Shown: positions 46,311 through 58,800 of the stretch, one piece after another
Layout: every line of letters starts with the position of its first letter
Position numbering within the stretch: position 1 is the first letter of the stretch
NCBI GenBank assembly: GCA_001600815.1
Contig: BCKZ01000021.1
Coordinates: forward strand, 186,001-250,000
Direction: 5' to 3'
DNA: 64,000 bases
DNA from: Alloascoidea hylecoeti
Taxonomy: Eukaryota
The notes under the pieces: model-generated
What the model saw: only the letters and a program-made list of their open reading frames with translations
What the model was told of the DNA's origin: nothing
The model's database searches: none
Made by a program: the position numbers and the translations under genes

Positions 46311-47105
46311 ATTGTAAAGTTGTTCCTCTTTAAAAATTGATTTAAAGAAGTTTTTGCTCTCTTCTGTTCCAAAAATTAAACCAAATTTTACCGAAAAAGG
46401 TTGTTTATGATCCAGATAATAAGCTCTTGACATCTGTTAATGTCCTCAGTTCTGGTAATCGTGTATACACACAATCTTCATACAGATTTAAAGAGTCTGG
46501 TAATTTAAAATAATTAGAATATGGGTCTTTTAATTTATATTCTGGCTGAATTTTATAGCTTGCCAAAGAATTGTTATAGACATCAGTTTTAATTGAGTTC
46601 GAAGCTGAACATGTAAATATTGTAAGAACACTTTCTCCATGAAACCCAATTAATTCACCACGGGAAATTTTTACATCACAAACTATGGGATTCGACCATT
46701 TTTAGGGTTGTTTTGGATCATTTTGAATCAGTATTTTGCTCTCACTCTGAAAACTGCTTCTTGACTTTTTATACAATTATTCACAATTAATTTGAAAACA
46801 TGAGTAACTGACTTTTTCAAACTATATATTTTGTTGTGATGTTTGTCCGGCATTCTTATCTTGATCAAATCCTGGAAACAAAGGAGTTATTTCCATAGTT
46901 ATATGATATATTTATTATAGTATTGACTACTGGGGATAATTAAAATGGGAAAGAAGAGCTTGACTGAAAAAAAATTCTACCTATATTTTGTTAACGTTAT
47001 ATGAATCATAAATACGTATAATATCAAGAAAGGTATAAGAAAATATTTTAACGTCAAATAGCACTACCCATAACTATAATCGAGTTTATAACAATTACAT
47101 GTAAA
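46311..47105 (-). pseudogene. Copy B of the dispersed RanBD-like repeat (frameshifted) plus its upstream region
   Basis: Fragments EAVFRVRAK, LIQNDPKQP, LASYKIQPEYKLKDP and KFGLIFGTEESKNFFKSIF. The DNA is collinear with 13404-14021, and its upstream part with 3510-3770. Confidence 0.65.
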
Positions 47106-47676
47106 ATGGCAATCTCGAACTCCACTGGTATTAATATTCCAATACGTGGACATCAATTGCATGCCTATAATTATATTTTTAGTAAGTTATAAATCTCACT
47201 ATATTTTGAACATGTGCTGATTTATAGCTATGTGATATACAACAAACGAATGTTATATTCATTATTAAATATTCTAACTAGATACAAATATAGAGCTATA
47301 AGGCTGTATTTATGTTTGCAATTGACTGTATTAATATTATTATGAGTACCGATTAGGAAAAATTTAAATTATGACGTATTAAAACCAAAAAAATATTCTC
47401 ATGATCATGATTAATATGTTAATAATGACAGTTAACAACTTGACACCGTATAGTCTATCGTTTAGTTGATTACAGGGCTTAAAAAAGGTTTCGTTGCCAT
47501 TCAAAATTAAAAACAAATTAACATGTATTTCAAACTAACTTTTTATCTAACATAAATATATATAATTAAAAAAAACAATATAACCTTTTAATATTGTAGT
47601 TGCAATTTGATTAGATGTAACTATAATCATATAGAATGTCATACCATTTCTTTTTTTTTCACTTTAACTATATAAA

Positions 47677-49008
47677 TTAAGCCTCTTCTTCAACTCTTGC
47701 CCTCTTAGGTAAAACAAGGTCTTTGCCAGTTATTCTTTTATATAAATCCTTAACATCATCAGTAGTTGATTCAAAATGACTTGAAGCATCATAACTTTTT
47801 GAAATGAAAACATTATCTTTTGTACCATCTTCAATTGGTTCTAATAAATCATAAATACCAGTAAATACGTCTTCATATTTACCAATTAATTTAGCAGCTG
47901 GTTCTAATTCTTTTTCAGGTTCATCTGTTTCAATTATTGTTGAAGCAATAGCTAAATAAAAATTCTTGACACAAACGTGATGTGGGGAAGATACAACAGC
48001 AATATAAATATCATTACGACGATTAACTGTTGATTGTGGAATGATAATTTGAGCAGAGTCTGAATTATCAGTACCTTTAATTGGATTCTTAATAACAAAG
48101 ATCTTTCTAATTACTTTTTTACCAGATTTTTGGACTTTATCAGCAAAATAGGTTGGATCACCAATAATTATTGGAGCATTTGCAGATTCAGAACCAGATT
48201 TAATACCAGTTGCTTTGCCATCATCACCATAAATTATACCATCAACAGGCGTTGATAACATGTAGGTACCACCATAGATTGCAGATAATCTAGCAAAACC
48301 TTGTGGTAATTCACCAAGACCATATAATGGGTAGATATAAGGACTTTTACCATATCTTGCAAGGGATTGAACATATAAGATAATACGATCATAAGTATCT
48401 CTTGCAGGAATTGTTAAGTATTTATCATCTGAAAATAAAGCCATTGCATGGCCAATGAAGTCTTTGGTGGCAGATTCCAACCCAAATTTATTATACATAT
48501 CATCAGCAGTATCAGTATCTAGATTTAAACCTTGATGTGTTGAATTGTCATCTTCAACATAGGAGGCAATAAATTCTAAGAATTTCTTCATTCTTCTTTT
48601 TTCAAATAAGCCCATCAAAGGGGAAGAAATAGCTTCTTGTTCAGTAGCGGGAACTTTAGCAACCGAACCATCTTTACTGTAAACATAGGAACCGGAAACC
48701 TGTTTAAACTCAATGTATCTGGTAACATCGGTATGAACCAAAATATTTGTCAACTCACCATTTGCCATTAAGAATTTTGGGATCAAATCAACACACCAAT
48801 CTCTATTTCTACCATATTCTTCAGAAGGTTGTTCGGTAGGTTTGAATTGAGAATAAAGTTGTGTCAAGTTTAAACTTGCACTTTCACCACCATAATGGTC
48901 CTGACGGTCGATATGGAGGACTTTTTTCCCTTCAACGGATAGGATACCGGAAAGGATACATTCAGTAAGGCCAGTGCCTAAAACAATAACGTCGTAGTTC
49001 TCATTCAT
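47677..49008 (-). CDS. GDI1: Rab GDP-dissociation inhibitor
   Basis: Motifs YDVIVLGTGLTECILSG, DLIPKFLMANG, YPLYGLGELPQGFARLSAIYGGTYML and SYDASSHFES. Confidence 0.97.
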   Translation of the reverse strand: MNENYDVIVLGTGLTECILSGILSVEGKKVLHIDRQDHYGGESASLNLTQLYSQFKPTEQPSEEYGRNRDWCVDLIPKFLMANGELTNILVHTDVTRYIEFKQVSGSYVYSKDGSVAKVPATEQEAISSPLMGLFEKRRMKKFLEFIASYVEDDNSTHQGLNLDTDTADDMYNKFGLESATKDFIGHAMALFSDDKYLTIPARDTYDRIILYVQSLARYGKSPYIYPLYGLGELPQGFARLSAIYGGTYMLSTPVDGIIYGDDGKATGIKSGSESANAPIIIGDPTYFADKVQKSGKKVIRKIFVIKNPIKGTDNSDSAQIIIPQSTVNRRNDIYIAVVSSPHHVCVKNFYLAIASTIIETDEPEKELEPAAKLIGKYEDVFTGIYDLLEPIEDGTKDNVFISKSYDASSHFESTTDDVKDLYKRITGKDLVLPKRARVEEEA

Positions 49009-49748
49009 TTTCTTGACAGGTTAGAATAAAGGAAGAAGTGGGAGGGGTTATATAGAGATTAGGGATGTATAAGATTTATGCAGAAAGAGAATGGAAAATA
49101 AGGCTTTTTCTTTGTAAGAAGGAGAAGAGAAAGAAAAGAAGGGAAAAGAGGAGAAAGGGCAAGGTGGCTCTTTTTATATAGCGTCTGATGGTTACCAGGT
49201 GTTCTTTTAGAACATTTTCTTGCTTGATGCTTCTTGTTTATTTCTGTGTGCCTACGACTGTTTGTGTCTCACTATCTGATAAAATGCAAGAATTTGAAGG
49301 TTTGGTTGCAATTGCAATTGAATGTTACTATCATATCATATCTAAAAATAAGTTATATACAAAGAAGCATTCCAACCGAATTCCAACGAATTCCAATTGC
49401 AAAAGCGATGCATGCGAATTATTCTTTCACAAAATATTAATGGCACGAAGGCAGCAAAGACTTTGGCAGCATTTTAATGCATTTTAATGTGTTTTAATGG
49501 ATTTTAATAGATATCAACGGATTTTGTTGGATCTTTGCACAAAACACACAGATTCGCACAGATTCACAGGCGTTATAAAAATATCAGAATTTAAATATCA
49601 CAGAGTCTCACCTGAAAAGCTTCATGTTAATATTTATTATTTATTATTATATGTTTTTTTCTATTATTATTTTGGTGGGTACATACACCCATACATTTGC
49701 TCCAACTTAACTTCATCACACCTTTTTTTTTTCTGATGCGCAGCATAG

Positions 49749-52700
49749 ATGATCCCTCAACCTCAGAATGGCAGGGCCCTTCCCCATAAAACAAAATCCA
49801 TCAAAGAATTAAGTCAGCTGGTGGATAAACTGCTAGCCGAGCTGTTCGATGCCAAAAGTACTTCAATAAACGATTATTTAAAAGCGACTGTTAATTGTAT
49901 GGAAGGTTACAAACAATCATTAAAAACCAAAGACTTGGAAAAATCTTATGTTAATTTCTTATCAATTTATAGTATAATCGGTGAAATAATACCTAAACAT
50001 CCGGATTTTGAAACGTTACAACAACTGCATCCAAAAACTTTTAGTCTTCATAGAGAATTTCTTAAGTTTATATCGGATGAATCCGATACCATTAAACGAA
50101 TCCAAAGTCAAATACGGATAGAAAGTGGCGAATTAGTGAAATCCCATAAAAAACAACAAAATACTAATTTGGAATCATCTATGAAAGGCTTATCACAGTT
50201 ACGAATACCCAACCAACAACCTTCATCATCACCTCTACAAAATGGTAGGGCCTCAAATTCATCACTATCTTTACAAAGTGGTAGGACTTCAATATCTTCC
50301 AACACTTCTACTCGTACACCTCCAGAGGATAACTCAATGCTTTACAAATTCAATCAAAAATCAATTGATCCCAAAACTTTAAATGAACTCTTAATAAAAT
50401 GTCCATCATCAATATTATTACTAGATATCCGAGAACGTTCAGCTTTCAATAAACTACATATTTCAATAAAAAACATTGTTTGTATTGAACCTGTTTCCGC
50501 AAGACCAAATATGACAGATCAAGCATTACAAGAATCTTTATGTATAGCTCCAGAACATGAACAACAATTATTTATGAATCGTCAAAATTTTGATTTAATT
50601 ATCATTTGTGATTATGAATCTGAAGAATTAAGAGTAAATGGTCCTGCAACTGCTGCTTCATATAATTCACAAATTAATTTAAAATCAGATTCTCCTGAAC
50701 AACTAGCAGCAATGAGAAATGTTTTCAAATCATTATCTGAATTTGCATTTAGTAAACCTTTAAAAAACAGTGTTTGTTTACTTGATGGTGGTATAAGAGC
50801 ATGGAAAGAAAAAATTGGCAATTCAAAATTAATTGGTAGTGCTCCTAATGGTTATAATTTGCCACAAAGAAGATCATCTAAATTATTTAATAGTAATGAT
50901 CCAAAATCAGTCACTTTACCATCTGTTATTCCAACTACAAATACTGATCCTGGTACTCCAAAACAATTAAGTGGGAATCCTAATTATGTTCGAAATGTAG
51001 ATGATTATTTTAGACAATTACCTGCTGGTTCTAAAAATGAAGAATTTGATTATTTACAATGGCAACAGCAACAATCTAATAATCATAATAATAGCAAAAG
51101 TCATGAAAGACGATCGAGCGTTAATATCTCTCATTTATCCAATTCATTCGATTCAATAAAACAACATAGTAGGAGTAATTCCTCAATATCTTTTAAAAAT
51201 ATTATACCATCATCCTTTTCAAACTCAAATCAACCAACGTCATTTCCACAATCTTCCTCTTCGTCATTTTCTAATTCAAATTCAAATCATAACTCCAATT
51301 CTGGATTAAATTCTAATTTCAATTTCAATTTCAATTCTAATTCTAATTCTAACTCTAATTCAAATTCATCATCATTAAATAAATTAAATTATCCTAAATT
51401 GTCAATTAGGACCCCAGAAGTTTTAGCGCCACCACCTGTTGTTCATTCACCAGCTATCGTTTCAGCACCACCTCCAATTCCTGAACTCCCGCCATATTCT
51501 GTTTTACATCCTCCACCACAACAACAACCTTCAATGATAAAAAATCGTGTTTCTTCTTTTGAACAACAACAACCACAAACAATGCAACAGTTACAACAAC
51601 AGGAATTAAAAAATATGCGTGCAAATGGTTTAGGGATTACTAATCGTAAAACAAAAGAAGAATTCACAACAGGTTTAAGAAATTTAGGAAATACTTGTTA
51701 TATGAATAGTGTTATACAATGTATTGCTGGAACACCTGATTTAATACGATATTTTCTTGATGGTTCATATCATCATCATATTAATGTACAAAGTAAATTA
51801 GGTCATAAAGGTGCTTTAGCTCAAAGTTTTGCAAAATTAATTTCTGAATTATATAAAAATGATAAAGGTTATATTGATGCTATACAACTAAAGACTCTAA
51901 GTGGGAAGATTCGAGATGAATTCAGTGGTACTGAGCAACAAGATACTGTTGATTTTTTAACTTTTTTATTAGATGGATTACATGAAGATTTAAATGAATG
52001 TGGAGGAGCAAAATATATTAATTTAACAGTTGAACAAGAAAGAGCAAGAGAATTAATGTCAGTTAGACAAGCTTCTTCAATTGAGTGGGAAAGATATTTA
52101 AAAACAGATTTTTCAATAATTTCTGATGTTTGGCAAGGTCAATATCAAAGTAAATTAGAATGTTTAACATGTGGTAATACATCAACTACTTATAATGCTT
52201 TTTCAACTTTAACTTTACCATTACCACCAAATAAATCTAAAGTTTCTTTAGAAGAATGTTTTGAATATTTTTTAAAAGGTGAGATTTTAGATAATGATGA
52301 TAGATGGAAATGTACAAAATGTAAAACTTATCGGAAAACTTCTAAAAAATTAACAATATCAAGATTACCACAAATTTTAGTTATTCATTTTAAACGTTTT
52401 AAATCTGATAATAATATAAGTGGTTCTTTTAAAAATTTTAAAAAATTAGAAACATTTGTTACTTATCCCCAAGAAAGTATTCTTGATCTTACAAGGTTCT
52501 GGCCACCATATCTTACAAATGATAGAAATGTATTGGCTAATGTACCAATAAGAGGACAAATCCCTCCTTTTAAATATCAATTATATGGTGTTGTTAATCA
52601 TTATGGTTCATTAGGTGGTGGTCATTATACCAGTTTTGTTAGAAGAGGAAAATTAGGTTGGTGTTATTTTGATGATGCGAAAGTTACCACACATCGAACA

Positions 52701-52760
52701 TCAGGGATAGTTAATCAAAATGCTTATGTGTTATTCTTCAGAAGGGTAGAAGTTAAATAA
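49749..52760 (+). CDS. DOA4: Ubiquitin-specific protease of the Doa4/USP8 type (N-terminal helical domain, rhodanese domain, USP domain)
   Basis: Rhodanese LLLDIRER...LLDGGIRAW, Cys box GLRNLGNTCYMNS, QQD..DFL, and His box HYGSLGGGHY. Confidence 0.85.
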   Translation: MIPQPQNGRALPHKTKSIKELSQLVDKLLAELFDAKSTSINDYLKATVNCMEGYKQSLKTKDLEKSYVNFLSIYSIIGEIIPKHPDFETLQQLHPKTFSLHREFLKFISDESDTIKRIQSQIRIESGELVKSHKKQQNTNLESSMKGLSQLRIPNQQPSSSPLQNGRASNSSLSLQSGRTSISSNTSTRTPPEDNSMLYKFNQKSIDPKTLNELLIKCPSSILLLDIRERSAFNKLHISIKNIVCIEPVSARPNMTDQALQESLCIAPEHEQQLFMNRQNFDLIIICDYESEELRVNGPATAASYNSQINLKSDSPEQLAAMRNVFKSLSEFAFSKPLKNSVCLLDGGIRAWKEKIGNSKLIGSAPNGYNLPQRRSSKLFNSNDPKSVTLPSVIPTTNTDPGTPKQLSGNPNYVRNVDDYFRQLPAGSKNEEFDYLQWQQQQSNNHNNSKSHERRSSVNISHLSNSFDSIKQHSRSNSSISFKNIIPSSFSNSNQPTSFPQSSSSSFSNSNSNHNSNSGLNSNFNFNFNSNSNSNSNSNSSSLNKLNYPKLSIRTPEVLAPPPVVHSPAIVSAPPPIPELPPYSVLHPPPQQQPSMIKNRVSSFEQQQPQTMQQLQQQELKNMRANGLGITNRKTKEEFTTGLRNLGNTCYMNSVIQCIAGTPDLIRYFLDGSYHHHINVQSKLGHKGALAQSFAKLISELYKNDKGYIDAIQLKTLSGKIRDEFSGTEQQDTVDFLTFLLDGLHEDLNECGGAKYINLTVEQERARELMSVRQASSIEWERYLKTDFSIISDVWQGQYQSKLECLTCGNTSTTYNAFSTLTLPLPPNKSKVSLEECFEYFLKGEILDNDDRWKCTKCKTYRKTSKKLTISRLPQILVIHFKRFKSDNNISGSFKNFKKLETFVTYPQESILDLTRFWPPYLTNDRNVLANVPIRGQIPPFKYQLYGVVNHYGSLGGGHYTSFVRRGKLGWCYFDDAKVTTHRTSGIVNQNAYVLFFRRVEVK

Positions 52761-54859
52761 ATTATTGAAGATGTACCATATATATACTTAGATTATTGTA
52801 TCTAAACATTAAAAAAGGTTCATGGACAACTACGGCCGAGCCAAGGTCAAACTGGCGCTTTACTTTCGGGTCACCATTTCACATAATTAATTATAAGGTG
52901 GCAAGATTATAAGTAGTTACTGAGTACTCTATGAAGACTTATAATTAGGATTTTCTTATAGTTTATAATGTTCCGTAAATTCTAGATATTCTAATTGTAC
53001 TACATAGGCCATGTGAAATAACATATTATGTCTAGTATTCATAATTAGTATCAGCACCCTTAACGTCATAAACGGCAGTTACTCTGAGTATTATGAACCC
53101 CAACCACTCTTTATGATGTAGTACGACCATTATTCCAAATTCCAATCCATGAATCTATATCATAAAGACTTACAGACCCATACTTTCTTTTGTTATAAAT
53201 GTTTTTTGGCTCGAAGGCCGGGCCTGATTCTCGTGCACATAGACCCAGTCTAATGTACTGTACGTGCTTCCCCAGACCCGGATCCTATAGCGACCTACCG
53301 AACGACCGAACATCCGTTACTGAATCCAACACCATCCCAAACGTCCATTCCAATTTATCTTAAGACCGTATCATTCTGTTTCTTTGGTTCCTTGCGTTAA
53401 TATTCTTAAAAGGCCTTTTGCATTCCAAGCATATTCAATATTCATGCTTTTTAAGAAGGGTTCTTAGGGTGAGTCTTTTGAATGGAACCCGAAATTAATG
53501 TGCTAGTTTAATCGGATTAAATTGCAGGAAGTGACGAATGATATTATTCAGCATACCAAATATGGGTGTTTTCAGAAACGAAATATGTAAAGACGGAATG
53601 ACGAAATACTTTTTAGATAGAAGACCTAATATTTAATACAATCTCCAAATTTAAAGTCACCAAACTATATTGTAGCTGGGTAACTAACTTTTATCACTCC
53701 ATTAGCAAATGTATTATCTCACAAGATGGTTTTAACTACTTTTACGTGAATGACGAAAATGAAATTAAATAACAATCTTTAACGCACAAGCAACATACTA
53801 TTAATTTCACACATAATAGCGCAACCACACCTACACACTTGCTGAATATTAGGTCGATAAATAAGACATGCGTACAACGAAAGTTACTAAAGAAAATTAA
53901 CGAAGTAAGTTTTTTACCCAGCAACTAATTATTAATTTATTATAATGTGCTGAATATACCCATGATAAGATGACTAAACCTTCCCATCAATATAGCGAAT
54001 TTGAATCTGTTCCAAAATTTGATGAATGATATTCATCTGACTTCTGAATTATAGGTGAAGTTCCCAGAACTTTCCTCATAAAAAATAGTTACATTCGCTT
54101 AAAGTTACTATAAGTTTAATGGCTATTCCGCTAGAAATAGCTATACATTAAATAGTTACATAACAAATTAGCTAGTTAGAAACAATATAAAAGGAGAACA
54201 AAATTTATATTATAAATTTTATAAATTTTGTTCTCCACTGAATCATCTTGATATCCTTTTACAAAAGATTTACTACTACTTAAAACTATATTACAACTTC
54301 TGGTTTTATTGATAAGATATTTCTTTGAAATCACCCATTTCAACTGATATTTTACCCCAGATTCACACCGAAAACAAATCCACCAAATAAGATTAAAAAG
54401 CAGATCTCATGATGTAATTGAGGACTCCACATTAGGCCCCGCATCGGGGAGAATTTTTGTCCTCGCCAAGATTTGCAGCTCGACCCGCTGTTTCGGAGAG
54501 CTTGCTAGTTATTTCTACTCTTATTTTAAAAAAAATTTAATTTTGTTTTTTCACGAAGTTCATCGCAGCGGTTTACTATAATTAGAACTATTTAATACCT
54601 ATAATACCTAATAACTATTCATTGAAGTGTAATGATATACTATTATCCTATTACAATAATTTGCGTTAATTTGGCGACTATTCGCATATATTTGAGAAGA
54701 TATTCCCCCACAGTTTAAATTAATAATTCAACCACATGATGTAATATTATTAGACCAGCTCCTCAAATACGAGCGAATATGTTTCAATCTATAAAGGTCT
54801 TCTCCACATCTCCGAACACTACAGTGAAGCGGAAGGAAACATAGAATCTATGATACAGA

Positions 54860-55293
54860 AATGGATGCAATCGTTTCACATATGAAGGCTAAACAAATTC
54901 AAGAGAGCATTGGATAACCTGTCTCTTCAATCAAAATTTGATGAATTACTTATCTTTTAAAACTATCCATTAAAGTCACTTGTCTTCCAATATTCCCCCG
55001 AATTTGCAATTAATCGTTTAGCCTTCGTATGTAAAAAGATCGAGTTCTGTATCATAGATTATATGTTTCCTTTCAAGATGCCTTATTAACTGACTAGTGA
55101 CACTTCCCTTAGTATTTAATGATTTATGCTGCTCGTTACACCCTTCAACGAGGCAATCCACTTGTTGTGCTGTAGCATTGTAATCGAAGAAATAGCAACA
55201 ATCACTTGTGAGGTTCGGGTTCGAAATTGTAGAAGCCTTTAGTTTAGGAAGTTCTATACCATCCAAGGTATATGATTCTGTTGAACTGTTCAT
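54860..55293 (-). mobile_element. hAT-type transposase 5' relic with BED zinc finger
   Basis: CCYFFDY...VDCLVEGC...GSVTSQLIRHLERKH fits the BED pattern (aromatic, C..C, TS.L.RHL...H). It is followed out of frame by RQVTLMDSF, and the remainder is decayed. Confidence 0.65.
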
Positions 55294-55429
55294 TAACTGG
55301 TGTAAACAATGAAATGTGATGAGAGAAAAAATTTAATTATAAGGGGAATTTATTTCTATTTAAACATATTACAATTAGCTATAGTCCTACGAAAGCTCTT
55401 AAAACTATAATATTCTATAAAATAGCATA

Positions 55430-55860
55430 ATAAGAAGATGTGCTACTGATGATACTGATAGTGTTGAAACTTCTAATTTTGTTTCTGAAGAAAATGATCC
55501 TGAAAATGATGTTGATTCATCTACCAACAATTTTAATTTGACAGCTTCAGAATCCTCGCTTAATTTATCCAGACAAAATACAAACTAGATCCAGATATTG
55601 ATTCAAATTTTGATACTGTTGAGTCAGAATTAGAGACTGAAGTTAATACAGAAGTAGATGCTGAAAGATTTCAATTAGTACCTAAAAATATATTATCTTA
55701 TGACGAAGAAAAAGAAATCAACAGCCTGAAACTTTTAATAAAACTGATTTTGATGCAGCTCATTAAATAAAGAAGGAAAAATAGAATATGGCCAATGAAG
55801 AAGAACTAAATTCTTTGCTCGATAAGGATGTTTATGAGGACATGAAATTTAGGCCAGATC
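55430..55860 (+). mobile_element. Ty1/copia pol relic (acidic linker and start of RT)
   Basis: An acidic S/E/D-rich linker is followed by ANEEELNSLLDKDVYE at about 55791-55838, matching the copia RT-start motif A...EL.SL....V/TW. Confidence 0.5.
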
Positions 55861-58800
55861 AAATTCTAAACACATAAATCAAGATTAAGAGATCAAAATT
55901 AAGCTAAGCCGAAGTAGAGGAGTTACAACATCACTTGCCGCACATATTCATTATCTGAAATTTAGAAAATGATAACGACAATATTTATTTCTTCAAATAT
56001 TCTTACTAATTATATCCACTTTGACATATAGCCCTTATGAACTTTTTTAGTACGAAGTTTATAATAAGATCTGGTAGGTAAATTTTCACCGGGAATCTGA
56101 ATGAAAATTTCTTCCTACAAAGAAAATTTTAAATAAGCAATTGTAAAATCAGCGCTAAATGTCAGATAAAGAATAGGTTCAGCAAATAATAGTATAAGAC
56201 GAATTGTGATATGATACCATGGCAGTATCAAACACGTCTCTACTCTAAGTTTACAATTAGCGAATTAAGTTTACTGTTGCAACATTTACTAACTACGGTA
56301 GAATGTAATTTGGGTCTAAATCCCACGAATTTCTGAAGCTTCAAGAATATGTTAAGCAGAATATGTACAAGAAGCGTCGACTATGGTAATGCTTTAGAAT
56401 TATCTTTACCAAGAGTTAAGTCCTTACATAGCTATAAAATCAGCTAGAATCATATAAGCTGGGCCTCGAGTCAAATGCATAACACTTACAATTTAACACA
56501 ATATATATAAAGAATAAATTTCACAGTCCATTTAAAAATAATTGGAACAGTACTGATGAGAGTATTAATCTGAAATAAAATGAATAAAATATTCAAAGAA
56601 AAAAGTGTTCGGAGAGGATTAACAATATATTTATCTTCACTATCAGTGATAACTAGGTGAGGCCAAATTAATTCCTACTGTGCTAAAACCACCGAATTCT
56701 TCCCTATAACCAGCCGAATTCACAGTGGAAAAGCTATATATTCTGAAAAAAAAGGAATAGATAAACCTGTATTTTATTTATGTATTAATATTATTAGTAG
56801 ATTATAGTTGAAGATCTATACCTACTACTTACCTATAAGCTTAAGTATAGATCTATATAGTTAATACCTTGCTTAAAGTGTACGAATTTTAATTATCAGT
56901 TACAATAATATTGATGTATTTGCAGATATTCATTAATTATATATTGAATCTGCGAAAATTTATTTAAGCTTAATAGTGTGTTTCAGACCCCACGCTCATC
57001 TGTTTTATTGAGCTCGAGTACTAGTTCTTAGTAACTTCTTACTCTTTTAAGTATAGTTTCTCTTGAACCCCCACCATGGATTAATATATATATATAAGTA
57101 CTATATATTTGGTGCTTTTTATCATTATTTTGCAATTGTTGAAAATCGGATGATCACATTGGTGTGAAATACATTCAAATAATAATAGGAAAAAAGTCTA
57201 AAATATAGAAAACTTCTATGAAAGGATAGGATCAAGCCATTATGCACATAATACATATCAAGTCTGTAATGAAACTCACACGTGCTGTTCCATTAAAAAT
57301 TCATAACCATGGCTAATATTAATGGATTTTCTAAGATACTTATAGTAATGATCAAGATTCAAGAGACATGATCATTTGCATGATCTTCAATGAATAGTTA
57401 AAATTTTATAATCAACGATTACTCTTGCCTACCAGACATAAACTACGTACACTATAGCCAGATAGCGAGATGGAGCAATACTATCTAGTTGCTCTTTTTT
57501 AATATTAATTAATATCATATAAGCTTATATAGTTACTATCATAAAATTGAATGAGATATAGGTATAACCTTATATGATATGTGTCATTCATCTTAATTAA
57601 CGGTATATGTAGAATCATTGTAGATCAATTATCTATTATAAACATATTTACCATGAAATTATGTTGATCTTTATTAAAGATATCGCGATAACATTCAATC
57701 TTAAATAAGTTTTAATTTCTGTTAATCAAATTTGTTAAAGCAGTAAAATATTTTCAATGTTTGCTTTCGTTTAAAATTACACGAGCCAATAGTGTCACTC
57801 AGGTATTAATTATGTCATTTGTAAATCAATTCCAACATCACTAATAAATTTATTGCTATGCAATCACAAATGATTTTATTATTCCTTTGCTTGTGACTTT
57901 AGCTATAAACATATAGGAATTGAAACTTAGCACTCAAAATCTCAGATATCCGATAATTGATATTTCAAACAATCACCAGTAATAAGTTCAACCAAAAATC
58001 TACAGAAACTACAATAGTATATTGAACTATAGTTAAAATAATGTTATCAAACAATTGCAATTGTAATTACACACGTTAACGTTGGCAACAGATATAGTAT
58101 ATCATGTAAAGTAGTAAAGAATTTCTCTTTTAATTCTTACGATAATCAGTTAGCATAGTAGAACTTTTTAAGTGACATGTCGATCTTTGTTTTATTTTAT
58201 TTGATCATGATGCTTTAAGATTATATGTTTGCTTATTGCAGTTATGAGTCTTATGACACATTTCTTCTAGTATCACAACTTGATTATGATATCAATCATT
58301 TTTTATTAATTAGAAATTAAGCAGTTGAAGTTTTTCAATTCTTGAGCCGCCATAATAGCTAGAATTTAAGTGAAACAATAGCTAGAATACTTTTTTTTCG
58401 TTTGTATTAACTCATGAATCTTATAAAATTAGTAAGATTCCTTTATGTGAGACTATGCATATAAATAATATGGAATCATGCATTGCATATGCATGAAGAA
58501 AACCCGATCATGACCTTCTCTCTTTTCTATTTTATTTGATAATCAAGGCTTAAGGCTTAAAGCTTCATTAGTATATTATAATATACATGAAGATATAAAA
58601 AGTTTCAATTACAAATATTATTTGCAAACATCATGATCATTCCTACTCAATAAAGCTCTTTCATGATCCATCATTAGCAGTAATTAAGTATTATAACTAG
58701 CTACTAATGCAATAGTTCCCTATATATTAATATCATGATCATGATGAGAAAGTTAACCAGACTTAAAATTATGAGAATAGCTCCAGTTTATCTTTATAAT

